From: Paracoccaceae bacterium
Lineage (GTDB): Bacteria; Pseudomonadota; Alphaproteobacteria; Rhizobiales; Stappiaceae
Length of the DNA stretch: 64,000 bases
NCBI GenBank assembly: GCA_013373445.1
Contig: JABXHV010000025.1
Span: 16,126-80,125 of the forward strand
Direction: 5' to 3'
Part shown: in pieces, positions 22,495 to 31,351 of the stretch
Layout of the letters: each line of letters starts with the position of its first letter
How positions within the stretch are numbered: position 1 is the stretch's first letter
The notes under the pieces: model-generated
Told to the model about the DNA's origin: nothing
Database searches by the model: none
What the model saw: only the letters and a program-made list of their open reading frames with translations
Made by a program: the position numbers and the translations under genes

Positions 22495-22530
22495 AACCCC
22501 GGCAACATTCATGTTGTCGGGGTTTTGTTT
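22495..22530 (+). terminator. Rho-independent terminator after suhB
   Basis: AACCCCGGCAACA-ttca-TGTTGTCGGGGTT followed by TTGTTT. Confidence 0.8.
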
Positions 22531-22546
22531 ACGCAAAATTGCTTTG

Positions 22547-22563
22547 GGTTAATTTCCGAATAA
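22547..22563. promoter_or_regulatory. Candidate CtrA-binding site upstream of the MotA/MotB-like pair
   Basis: Minus strand reads TTAT-TCGGAAA-TTAACC (one mismatch to TTAA-N7-TTAAC), ~70 bp before the ATG at 22634. Confidence 0.4.
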
Positions 22564-22633
22564 GAGTTTCCAAGCCTGTGAAAATCACGCTATCAATCTT
22601 GAACGGTTCAATTTTCAAGACTGATTAGGACAC

Positions 22634-23623
22634 ATGGCCAGAGAATACGATCCCTATAGTCTGTCGAGCCCCAAGGCATATCTTTCCTTCATGATCATCT
22701 TCCTTGTGATCGTGTCTTTCATTGCATTCATTTTATATGCCCAGATCACTACAGCGTTCGTCAGCAACCCCGGCCTAAATGGCCTCATCATCATGGTCGC
22801 GGCCTTCGGCATTATTTTGCTTTTTGGACGTGTCATCAGGTTGTTTCCGGAAATTGCCTGGGTCAACAACTTCCGAATTGGTGAGCCAAACCTGGATACG
22901 CGCCCTCCTCGTCTTCTGGCGCCAATGGCAACCCTGCTTGGCAACAAGATGGGCGAGATGGCCCTGACGCCGACGACCGCCCGTTCAATGCTCGACTCGA
23001 TCGACATGCGCCTTGAAGAATCGAGAGAGATTTCTCGTTACCTCACGGGGCTACTTGTGTTCCTCGGGTTGCTCGGCACCTTTTGGGGCCTGCTGGAGAC
23101 AGTGAGCGCCGTGGGAGCGACAATCCAGTCTCTTGATGTCGGGTCTGGCGACGCGAACGTGATCTTCGAAGACCTGAAAAGTGGCCTTGAAGCTCCCCTC
23201 TCTGGCATGGGCACAGCGTTCTCGTCCTCGCTCTTCGGTCTCACAGGGTCATTGGTTCTTGGTTTCCTGGATCTCCAGGCAGGACAGGCTCAAAATCGTT
23301 TCTACACGGAACTTGAGGACTGGCTGTCCACGGTCACAGATATCGATCCGGAAGAAGGCTCGCTGTTTGAGTCTCCCTCATCAAGTGCGGATGAGATTCA
23401 GTCTGCAATCAACAAGCTGGAAAAGACCATCGAGGCTGGTGGCAGCAAAAATGCTGCACAAGCCATGGCCAATCTCGCCGACGGAATTCAGGGCCTTGTC
23501 AAACATGTCCGTTCCGAACAACAGATGATGCGCCAGTGGGCCGAAGGCCAGGGCGAACAGCAAAAGCGTATCGAGACGCTCCTGACTTCGATTTCAGCCG
23601 CCTTTGATCGGGCGAAGGACTAA
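22634..23623 (+). CDS. MotA/TolQ/ExbB proton-channel family protein
   Basis: LVFLGLLGTFWGL and GMGTAFSSSLFGL channel helices; C-terminal cytoplasmic coiled coil. Confidence 0.85.
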   Translation: MAREYDPYSLSSPKAYLSFMIIFLVIVSFIAFILYAQITTAFVSNPGLNGLIIMVAAFGIILLFGRVIRLFPEIAWVNNFRIGEPNLDTRPPRLLAPMATLLGNKMGEMALTPTTARSMLDSIDMRLEESREISRYLTGLLVFLGLLGTFWGLLETVSAVGATIQSLDVGSGDANVIFEDLKSGLEAPLSGMGTAFSSSLFGLTGSLVLGFLDLQAGQAQNRFYTELEDWLSTVTDIDPEEGSLFESPSSSADEIQSAINKLEKTIEAGGSKNAAQAMANLADGIQGLVKHVRSEQQMMRQWAEGQGEQQKRIETLLTSISAAFDRAKD

Positions 23624-23626
23624 GTA

Positions 23627-24658
23627 ATGGCAGGATCGAGAAGTCGAAAGCGCCAGCAGAACACCGACTATTGGCCGGGCTTCGTCGATGCCATGGCGAC
23701 GCTGCTGCTCGTCATCATCTTCCTGTTGTCGATCTTTATGCTCGCTCAGTTTTTCTTGAGTCAGCAGTTATCAGGCCGGGATAACGTCCTGAACCGACTG
23801 AACAGCCAAATCAGTGAATTGACCGAACTTCTTGCTCTTGAGCGGGCCAATTCCAGCGAACTGGAAGCCACAATTACCGGCCTGCAAGCCAGCCTGGGTG
23901 AGGCAACATCAGATCGGGACAGGTTGCTTGGACTGATGGACAGCACAAGCGACGATGCGGAGGCCGCAGGCGGCCGCGCGGCACAACTTGAAAATCTTCT
24001 GGATGATGAAAAACGCGTGTCTCAGCGCGCGCTGGCCCAAGTCGAACTGCTCAACCAGCAGATTTCAGCTCTACGCCGACAATTGTCCGCCGCCAACGCA
24101 GCACTCGATGCAGCCGAGGCAAAGGAAAGCGAAAGCCAGGCCAAGATCGCCAGCCTTGGACGCCGCCTGAATGCGGCTTTGGTTCAGCGCGTGCAAGAAC
24201 TGTCGCGCTATCGGTCTGACTTCTTTGGCCGACTGCGCGAAATTCTGTCTCAAAGATCTGACATACGCGTGGTGGGCGATCGGTTCGTCTTCCAGTCCGA
24301 GGTTCTGTTTTCCTCTGGATCTGAAGAGGTCAATCAGGCTGGCACCAAGGAATTGGATAAGCTCGCAGAAGCCATCCTGGAACTCAGCAAAGACATCCCG
24401 GAGGAAATCAACTGGGTGCTTCGCGTTGATGGCCACACAGACGCGGTTCCGCTGTCCGGCACCGGTAGACTGCGTAACAACTGGGAACTGTCTGCAGCAC
24501 GCGCAATTTCAGTTGTAAGGTATCTTATTGACCGTGGTGTCGACCCAAGCCGTCTTGTTGCAGCCGGCTTTGGTGAGTTCAGGCCGCTTGAAGAAGGCGA
24601 CAGTCCTGAAGCGCTTGCGCGAAATCGGCGCATAGAACTCAAGCTCACCGAGCGCTAA
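23627..24658 (+). CDS. MotB/OmpA-like peptidoglycan-binding protein with long coiled coil
   Basis: YWPGFVDAMATLLLV TM helix with conserved Asp; C-terminal VDGHTD..NWELSAARA..NRRIE OmpA domain. Confidence 0.88.
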   Translation: MAGSRSRKRQQNTDYWPGFVDAMATLLLVIIFLLSIFMLAQFFLSQQLSGRDNVLNRLNSQISELTELLALERANSSELEATITGLQASLGEATSDRDRLLGLMDSTSDDAEAAGGRAAQLENLLDDEKRVSQRALAQVELLNQQISALRRQLSAANAALDAAEAKESESQAKIASLGRRLNAALVQRVQELSRYRSDFFGRLREILSQRSDIRVVGDRFVFQSEVLFSSGSEEVNQAGTKELDKLAEAILELSKDIPEEINWVLRVDGHTDAVPLSGTGRLRNNWELSAARAISVVRYLIDRGVDPSRLVAAGFGEFRPLEEGDSPEALARNRRIELKLTER

Positions 24659-24670
24659 GACTTGAAGAAG

Positions 24671-25010
24671 CGTAGTCTCCTGTTTTTAGTGGGTTTGAAA
24701 CTGGCCTTAAGGTGGCTGTTTTCAGCTTCATAGCAGGCGTAAGACCGCTGATGGCCATATCGGGCCGCTCATTGTCGGTATGCCTATAGCCAGCGTGTGG
24801 CGTGGTCCTGTGTCTCCTCGATCGTTTCGAATATATTGTTCGGGCGGTTCGGTTGTAGCGTTCGACATAGGCATTCTGCTGGGCGGTTTGCCGGGCTGGA
24901 GTACTCCAAGCCGATCTCACGCCTTGAAGCCCATGTTTGCACGTCGGCGCTGAGGTTTTCTAGGCCATTGTTTACCCGGATGTTCAACGGCTGTCCCCGC
25001 CTGTTCCTAG
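24671..25010 (-). mobile_element. Degenerate IS3-family transposase 3' end (relic)
   Basis: Frameshifted rve remnants QNAYVERYNRT, IEETQDHATRWL, NERPDMAISGLTPAMKLK; IR-like end CGTAGTCTCC.. at 24671, 13 bp after the motB-like stop. Confidence 0.8.
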
Positions 25011-25297
25011 CTGACAAGAGATATGATGACGATACAGTGCCGTCAAAGTCTGCGGTTTGCAGCCACGCGCATATGGATACGCGATCTTCTCTATAAACCC
25101 TAATGATTCAGGTTTATTTCTTTAGACAATAGCGCTGAATAGTGGGAGGCATAGAGGGCCTTACTGTGTTAGATGCCTAAATTTCGAACAATTTCTCCGC
25201 GCAAAAACAGTTGCCTCTCCATCCTATGGGATTTTTAGGTACATATAATTACATTAGAAGCCAAATTACGATAATTATTTTCGTAGCAATTCAGCTG

Positions 25298-26149
25298 CTA
25301 CCCGAATGCACGCATTTGCGAAATCAAGGTCGGCCATTCAGGTGCTTGATAGTTGGTTGCTTTGTTGAACCGCGTGCTGTCAAGCGACCGGTCGATTTTC
25401 AATTTCTCGTCGGCTTCGATTGAAATCCCTGTTCCGTATTCTTCATTAACTAATGTGAGCAAGTCGAACTTAGAAATCGGCTTCGCGCTTACATGGTAAA
25501 CGCCGCGAAGGTTCTCGTTTGGAATGACGAAATCACGAACAATTCTTGCTTGCTCGCAGGTTGGTAAGCCGGAAAAGACTGCATTTGTAAAACCCTTAAT
25601 GGTGCCCTTTTGAGAGAGAAACCAACTGATTAAACTTCTTGTGCCATTAAGCTCGTGACCGATGATGGACGTGCGTAAAGTAACTGCGTTAGCGTAGTCT
25701 ACCTCGCCAAGAAGCTTTGCTCGACCATAGATATCCCCGGCATCCGCAAAATCGCTCTCCAAATATTGACCTTTGGAACCTGAAAAGACGCAATCAGTAC
25801 TGAAGTGAATCAAACGCGCACCTGCCAAGTCGCAAAGTCTTGCAAGCTGATGTGGAAGCAGTGAGTTGATCGGGATTGCTTCGAGGGAGTCCTCTGCAGT
25901 TTTCAATTGTTTCACCAAACCAATGCAGTTGATCACAACTTTAGGCCGGGCTTCCAGAAAGGCGCGAAGCAGACTATTTGCCTGATTGACGTCAATATCG
26001 GCAAGCAATCTTGCGTTTGGAGCCTTGCTTGCAAGTCCTGGATTAGCGGAGCGTAACGTCCCGAAAACGTTCCAGTCTTTCTTCTCGCTCAGAAGTCGGA
26101 TCACGGCATTTCCAAGCATACCGCTAGCACCCAGCACTAGTATATTCAT
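25298..26149 (-). CDS. RmlD-like SDR reductase, probably QnlA/WbvR-type UDP-4-keto-6-deoxy-HexNAc 4-reductase
   Basis: GASGMLG, HFSTDCVFSG, YGRAK, LRTSIIGHEL; this subtype accompanies FnlA/QnlB rather than RmlC. Confidence 0.75.
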   Translation of the reverse strand: MNILVLGASGMLGNAVIRLLSEKKDWNVFGTLRSANPGLASKAPNARLLADIDVNQANSLLRAFLEARPKVVINCIGLVKQLKTAEDSLEAIPINSLLPHQLARLCDLAGARLIHFSTDCVFSGSKGQYLESDFADAGDIYGRAKLLGEVDYANAVTLRTSIIGHELNGTRSLISWFLSQKGTIKGFTNAVFSGLPTCEQARIVRDFVIPNENLRGVYHVSAKPISKFDLLTLVNEEYGTGISIEADEKLKIDRSLDSTRFNKATNYQAPEWPTLISQMRAFG

Positions 26150-27378
26150 GAGCTTTGCCCTTTCCCGTGTTTCTGGATGACTCGGGAAAAATGCTCCATC
26201 AAGTCATTGACAAGTTTCTCTTGCGAAAATTGCTCTTCATAGAAGCGCCGGCCGTTTTCGCCCAGCTTGACCCTCTTTTGCAGTGGTAGGCTATGAAGCG
26301 TTTTGATCCGCTCTGCAAGTGCGGTGGCATCTTCCGCAGCGCAGGTCATTCCCGCTTTAGCCTCTTCTATGACCTCTGCGCCCGCACCGTTCAGGCATGC
26401 AATAATCGGACGTCCAGCGGCTAGATAGGCCTGAATTTTGCTCGGAATTGTAAGGTTGTAGATTTCAGCGTCTGCAAGCGTCACGAGTAGCGCTGCTGCC
26501 TTGGTCATCAATACCGGCATTGTTTCAACCGGAAAACTTCCTGGGAAAACAATGTTAGTGAGACCGCGCTTTTTGGCTTCCTCCATCATCCAATCGCGTT
26601 TGCTGCCAGCACCCATCATCACGATTCTGATTTCAGGACGCTCTTTGAGAAAGTCAGCTGCTTCCAAGATTGTTTCTACGGCCTGTGCTGTCCCGATGTT
26701 TCCGGCGAACAGGATGGGGAATTCGCATTCAAGATCGGGACAGGAATACGTGTGTTGTTTGTCGGTCTGCTCGGTTTCAAGAAATGGATTTGGCAGATAA
26801 GAAATTTCGGTTGAACCTGAGTTTTGACGAATTCGAGGAATAAAATTTCTGGACTGCGCCAAGATCAGATCGACATTTCGGTAGATCCAGCCAACGACCG
26901 ACCCGACCATTCTTAGAACGCGTTGGTTTGTGACGTAGCCGGTTGCGGACAAGCTCTCTGGCCACAGGTCCTGCACCCAGAGCAGCACAGGTGTTTTTTT
27001 CAGGCGACTGAGCCATATCGCCGGAATAGCCTGCAAGATCGGGGAAGGTGCAAATACGAAGATTGCGTCAAATTTTTTCCTACGTAGCAGCCATGGGGCA
27101 AACAGAATGCCGAACAGGATGAAGGAAAGATAGTTCAGGAACAGTCCCAACGCGCCTTTCCCGCGCGGCAGTAGCGGAACGCGATGCACCAAGAGGGATT
27201 GTTCAATGTCCTGACTGCAGCCAAAGGCCCGGTAGCCTTCGAAAATCTTTCCGGCTGGATAATTTGGCTTGCCGGTCAAAACTTCGACAAAGACACCTTT
27301 AGCGCTCAGCGCCTGCGCAATTTCATTAATTCGGAAGCTCTCCGGCCAGAAATATTGACTGAGAATAAGGACTCTCAC
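26146..27378 (-). CDS. GT4 glycosyltransferase, WbuB-like
   Basis: SQYFWPE, LTGKPNYPAG, WVQDLWPESL, FAGNIGTAQ, IPSKIQAYLAAGRPI. Confidence 0.85.
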   Translation of the reverse strand: MRVLILSQYFWPESFRINEIAQALSAKGVFVEVLTGKPNYPAGKIFEGYRAFGCSQDIEQSLLVHRVPLLPRGKGALGLFLNYLSFILFGILFAPWLLRRKKFDAIFVFAPSPILQAIPAIWLSRLKKTPVLLWVQDLWPESLSATGYVTNQRVLRMVGSVVGWIYRNVDLILAQSRNFIPRIRQNSGSTEISYLPNPFLETEQTDKQHTYSCPDLECEFPILFAGNIGTAQAVETILEAADFLKERPEIRIVMMGAGSKRDWMMEEAKKRGLTNIVFPGSFPVETMPVLMTKAAALLVTLADAEIYNLTIPSKIQAYLAAGRPIIACLNGAGAEVIEEAKAGMTCAAEDATALAERIKTLHSLPLQKRVKLGENGRRFYEEQFSQEKLVNDLMEHFSRVIQKHGKGQSS

Positions 27379-28451
27379 GGGTTCTCTTTCTGTGTCGCAC
27401 GCGCAAGGAATGTTTCAACATCAATCGGTGTTGCGATATCCTGCTCTTTGCGAAGGTGCCTCTTTACCGCGCGAGCGATCGACAGGGCTGAGTTTGGATC
27501 AAAAGTCTCTACCGGTGCAATGATGTCCCGCACATAGTCAAGTTCTGGCGCTATGACTGGCAGCCCTGAGCTGCGGGCTTCAAGCAACGGCAAGCCAAGG
27601 GATTCAAAGCAAGACGGGTAGATCAAAGCACCGGCTTCGCGGTAAAGCTTGAACAAAGCTTCATGGGGACGCTGTCCCAGATTGTGAATGTTCAGCTTAT
27701 GCGACACGCTTGCTTCATTGATCTGAGCGACTAATGTGGCTTCTTTTTCCGGATTTAAGGTAAGCACAAGCGATGGGAAAAGCCCGTCACCTGCCAGAAG
27801 TTTCCATGCGGAAATCAGGTTTTGGTGGTTTTTGTGGGCCTCACCTGATGCGACATAAAGAAAATCGAATTTTCGTGAGGTTGTATCTTCTGTCGAATTC
27901 TCGGGAAGCGCCATCATCTCTGGAACGAACATTGCGCATTCGACAGACCTTCTCAAGGTGCCTTCGGCCAGTCTTCTCATTGTTCGAGTTTGAACGATAA
28001 CGCTGCTTGCTTTGTTCTGCTTGAGCTTGAGCCAACGCTTTTCAATTCTAAGTCGCAATCTGGCTTTCCATGGCAGAGCTCCCAAAGGAGCGTCTGGATC
28101 AACAAGGTATCGGTTTTGAAGAAATAGAGTGACAGTCCCCGCCACTTCTAATAACGGCGGCAGGTTCCCGAAACAAATAACATAGTCTTTAGCCGTTACC
28201 TGACGTGAAAGCTTAAATTCAACGTTCAGTCGCGCTAAGATTGTTGGCCGAATTTGTTTGATATTGATATGGGTTGAGAGCCCCTCCGGGATTGGCATGC
28301 GCTGGTCTAGAAAGACCGTACAAGGAAGGTCTGGCGGGACATTCTCAAGTAGTCCGAGGAGGAGCACTCTCCCTCCCCCTTGATGAATATTGCTAGCCTG
28401 AATAAATAATCTCGGCATGGTTCCATTCATCGTTGTCTGCTTCTGGTGCAT
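27375..28451 (-). CDS. GT4 (group 1) glycosyltransferase
   Basis: YVASGEAHKNH, YPSCFESLGLPLLEA (E-x7-E-type motif). Confidence 0.85.
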   Translation of the reverse strand: MHQKQTTMNGTMPRLFIQASNIHQGGGRVLLLGLLENVPPDLPCTVFLDQRMPIPEGLSTHINIKQIRPTILARLNVEFKLSRQVTAKDYVICFGNLPPLLEVAGTVTLFLQNRYLVDPDAPLGALPWKARLRLRIEKRWLKLKQNKASSVIVQTRTMRRLAEGTLRRSVECAMFVPEMMALPENSTEDTTSRKFDFLYVASGEAHKNHQNLISAWKLLAGDGLFPSLVLTLNPEKEATLVAQINEASVSHKLNIHNLGQRPHEALFKLYREAGALIYPSCFESLGLPLLEARSSGLPVIAPELDYVRDIIAPVETFDPNSALSIARAVKRHLRKEQDIATPIDVETFLARATQKENP

Positions 28452-28502
28452 TTAGCTGGTTCAGCAGCCCAGTCCATTGGTGAGAGCTTAGCCAATCAGA
28501 TG

Positions 28503-29636
28503 TCAGGTTTTCAAACATTCAATAATTCGTATCGCGGCCTTTCCGTCGCCGAACGGGTTCACCGCACGAGCCATTTGGTTATATGCAGCCTGATCATCGA
28601 TTAGTTTTTGGGTTTCGCGAATTATTGTCTCTGCACTTGTGCCGACCAGCCTTGCTGTGCCAGCGGTGATCGCCTCGGGACGTTCGCTCGTATCTCGCAT
28701 AACCAATACCGGTTTTCCCAAGGCTGGGGCTTCCTCTTGAATTCCTCCGCTATCCGTCAGAACAAGATGACAATGGCGAAGGAGCCATGCAAACTCCTTA
28801 TAGTCCTGCGGAGGAATTAAATTTACATTTTCGAGACTGGACAGTTTTTCTTCGACAACATCTTTTACCTTAGGGTTGAGATGCACAGGGTATATGAAAC
28901 TCAAGTCTGGATTTGCTGTTGCGAGCTCTCGAATACTGAAGCAAATATTGTCGAGACCTAAGCCAAAATTTTCACGCCGATGAGCCGTAATCAGGATAAA
29001 GGGCTGCTTTTCGATATCAAAACCGATTTGGGGTGTTAGTCTATCCCTTAGTCCTTGGATCTCTGATGGATTGGCTTCCAGAGATTGTATGGTCAAAAGC
29101 AGCGCGTCGATGACCGTGTTTCCGGTTACCAGGATATCCTTTGCCGCGATGCCCTCGCGTACCAGATTAGCGTTGGCAGCGACGGTGGGGGCAAAATGAT
29201 ATCGCGCGGCGAGTGCAACGGATCTGCGATTGTATTCTTCCGGGAAGGGGGACAGAAGATTTCCTGTCCTTAGCCCGGCTTCGACATGTGCGACTTCAAT
29301 CAGATTGTAAAATGCTGCAAGTGCACCCGTCATAGCTGAAGTCGTATCGCCGTGGACAAGAACGAGGTCGGGGTTGGTCGCTGCGAAGTGCGTGTTGAGG
29401 GCAAGTAGGAGACGAGATGTGAGTTCCGCCAGAGACTGGCCGGGTTTCATTACGTCGAGTTCAACATCAGCCTTTAGGTTGAACGCGGACATCGCGCCAT
29501 CAAGCATCGTCGTATGTTGACCCGTACTGCACACGCTCACATCAAAGTCTTGCGGGTGTTCGCGCAACGCAAGCACTACCGGCGCCATTTTGATCGCTTC
29601 CGGCCGCGTTCCAATTACGACACATACTTTTTTCAC
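28503..29636 (-). CDS. wecB: UDP-N-acetylglucosamine 2-epimerase (non-hydrolysing)
   Basis: GTRPEAIK, TGQH, HGDTT, HVEAGLR, TAHRREN, TDSGGIQEEAP; GTG start at 29636 with a GGAG RBS. Confidence 0.93.
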   Translation of the reverse strand: MKKVCVVIGTRPEAIKMAPVVLALREHPQDFDVSVCSTGQHTTMLDGAMSAFNLKADVELDVMKPGQSLAELTSRLLLALNTHFAATNPDLVLVHGDTTSAMTGALAAFYNLIEVAHVEAGLRTGNLLSPFPEEYNRRSVALAARYHFAPTVAANANLVREGIAAKDILVTGNTVIDALLLTIQSLEANPSEIQGLRDRLTPQIGFDIEKQPFILITAHRRENFGLGLDNICFSIRELATANPDLSFIYPVHLNPKVKDVVEEKLSSLENVNLIPPQDYKEFAWLLRHCHLVLTDSGGIQEEAPALGKPVLVMRDTSERPEAITAGTARLVGTSAETIIRETQKLIDDQAAYNQMARAVNPFGDGKAAIRIIECLKT

Positions 29637-29649
29637 AAGTATCTCCAAC

Positions 29650-30519
29650 TCAGATATGAATATTTTTCTTGGCGAGTTTGCGCTGAACCGCGCGTCCCCA
29701 CTTTCCAATCAATGGATACTTTTGCGCTAGGCGTTTGACAAAACGAAGACGGGTAACACCTGGGCCAATCACTACTCCTGCGGATGACCTATGACTTGTA
29801 TCCTTGCAGAGTCGAAAGCCGTTCGATGTGCAATATTTTAGCGCAGTATCAAACTTGCGAAGTGCTTCTTCGCCTTGAGAAACTGCTTCTTTGGAGGTTC
29901 CCAATTCCATGGCCAATTTGGGGTCGCTACCCCAAATACTCGGGTCGGATACTGGATGGGGTGGAACCATCGTTCGAATGCCGAAATGTTTTTGGAGCAT
30001 AAACGAGAAATGCATATCCTCGCCGACAAGACGAGATGTTCCTAAAGGCGGGAGCTCCCGCCAAAATGCGCCGAGCCATTCACGTTTGAAAAACCAGGCA
30101 TGACCGACGATGTCTACGACTTCGGTTTCCTCATTTGGTGCGTCCCAGCCAAAAGATGTGAAAGGATGATAGCGGTTGTTGCTGAGAAATCTTAACCCTC
30201 GTGCTCCCAGCAATGCTGGTTCTCTTTCCATTTGCTGCAAGCAGCTTTCAAAGAACCGTGGCGCTGGAAAGGTGTCATCGTCCAAAGCGCATATATAGTC
30301 GGTCTCAGCGTTTATCGCGTAGGCGAAGCGGGACCAAACCCCGAGATTCTCAGAGTTGTTAGCAATCATCACCTGCTCGCCATAACCATTCAGGTCCAAT
30401 TCATCTCCATTGTTCCAGATGAGTATCTTGGCTGCCGGAACGCTTTGAGAGAGAACGTTATCAATTTGTTGTTTAAGGTATTTCTGTCGCTTGAAAGCGT
30501 TGAGAAGTACTGTGATCAT
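29650..30519 (-). CDS. GT2-like (GT-A) glycosyltransferase
   Basis: ITVLLNAFKR..LKQQI N-terminus; ICALDDDT DxD motif; GEDMHFS. Confidence 0.7.
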   Translation of the reverse strand: MITVLLNAFKRQKYLKQQIDNVLSQSVPAAKILIWNNGDELDLNGYGEQVMIANNSENLGVWSRFAYAINAETDYICALDDDTFPAPRFFESCLQQMEREPALLGARGLRFLSNNRYHPFTSFGWDAPNEETEVVDIVGHAWFFKREWLGAFWRELPPLGTSRLVGEDMHFSFMLQKHFGIRTMVPPHPVSDPSIWGSDPKLAMELGTSKEAVSQGEEALRKFDTALKYCTSNGFRLCKDTSHRSSAGVVIGPGVTRLRFVKRLAQKYPLIGKWGRAVQRKLAKKNIHI

Positions 30520-30523
30520 AGTG

Positions 30524-31351
30524 CTACCATTTCAATTGGTATTCCTTGTGCCAGCGATAACGCCAGGCCGCAAACTTTTCCGTCATTGTTTTTGGATTTA
30601 TAAGCTTGTGATAAGAACGCGTGCCCAATGGCAGGCCAAGCAGATCGTTAAGGGCGGTCCCAATATCCAAAAGGGTGAGATCAGGTCGTTTCAGGCGCAA
30701 CTGGTGACCGAGGATATTTGAAAGGGACGAAGCCGAAGAAAGAACCAATGCCCGTTTTGGTGCGTTTTCAAGGTCGCGCATAGCCTGGCTCAAAGTCTCC
30801 GGATAGACGGAGAAAAAGTTGTCCGGCACTTTAATCAGCTCTGCGGTTTTCAGATAGCCTTGTAGCTCGCAGCGCCAATTGCCTAGAACAAGCGTTTCCT
30901 TGAAAGAGGCCACGAGGAACGGAAAAAAATCTGATCGTGCCCGAAGATAATTTGCATTCAGGAAGAGATCTGAAAAAGTCATTTGTGGCGTAAAACCGCC
31001 ATTCAACCGCAGCATGAATTCCCGATCATCCAACACGTTGTTATGGCGAGTGGGGATTCCCTTATAATACCACGGATCCGAAAACATTGCGGATGACAAT
31101 AGGTCACGACGAACATCTTGTCCGGATAGCGGGTCAAAGCGTTTTTGATCAAAATCGGGAAACCGATTTGAAAATTGCTTTCCTCGAAATTCAGTGATGC
31201 CTTTTGAGATCACCAATTTGCGGTTTCGCAATATCTCAATTTCGCCATCGCTAAAACGAACAAAGGTAAAGGGTTGCCCATCTCGAACGAGTCCTTCAAA
31301 TCGGTCTAAATCAGCTTTCCCTGTTGGAACCTTGATCATTGTCTCAATCAT
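30524..31351 (-). CDS. Putative GT-D fold (DUF1792-like) glycosyltransferase
   Basis: FTFVRFSDGE resembles the RFGDGE signature of DUF1792; LLDIG near the C-terminus. Confidence 0.5.
   Translation of the reverse strand: MIETMIKVPTGKADLDRFEGLVRDGQPFTFVRFSDGEIEILRNRKLVISKGITEFRGKQFSNRFPDFDQKRFDPLSGQDVRRDLLSSAMFSDPWYYKGIPTRHNNVLDDREFMLRLNGGFTPQMTFSDLFLNANYLRARSDFFPFLVASFKETLVLGNWRCELQGYLKTAELIKVPDNFFSVYPETLSQAMRDLENAPKRALVLSSASSLSNILGHQLRLKRPDLTLLDIGTALNDLLGLPLGTRSYHKLINPKTMTEKFAAWRYRWHKEYQLKW

Noticed and set aside
22634-24658. Zorya anti-phage system or flagellar stator
   Set aside because: No ZorC/D/E or flagellar genes are adjacent, and the pair sits in core-gene context with core-like composition.
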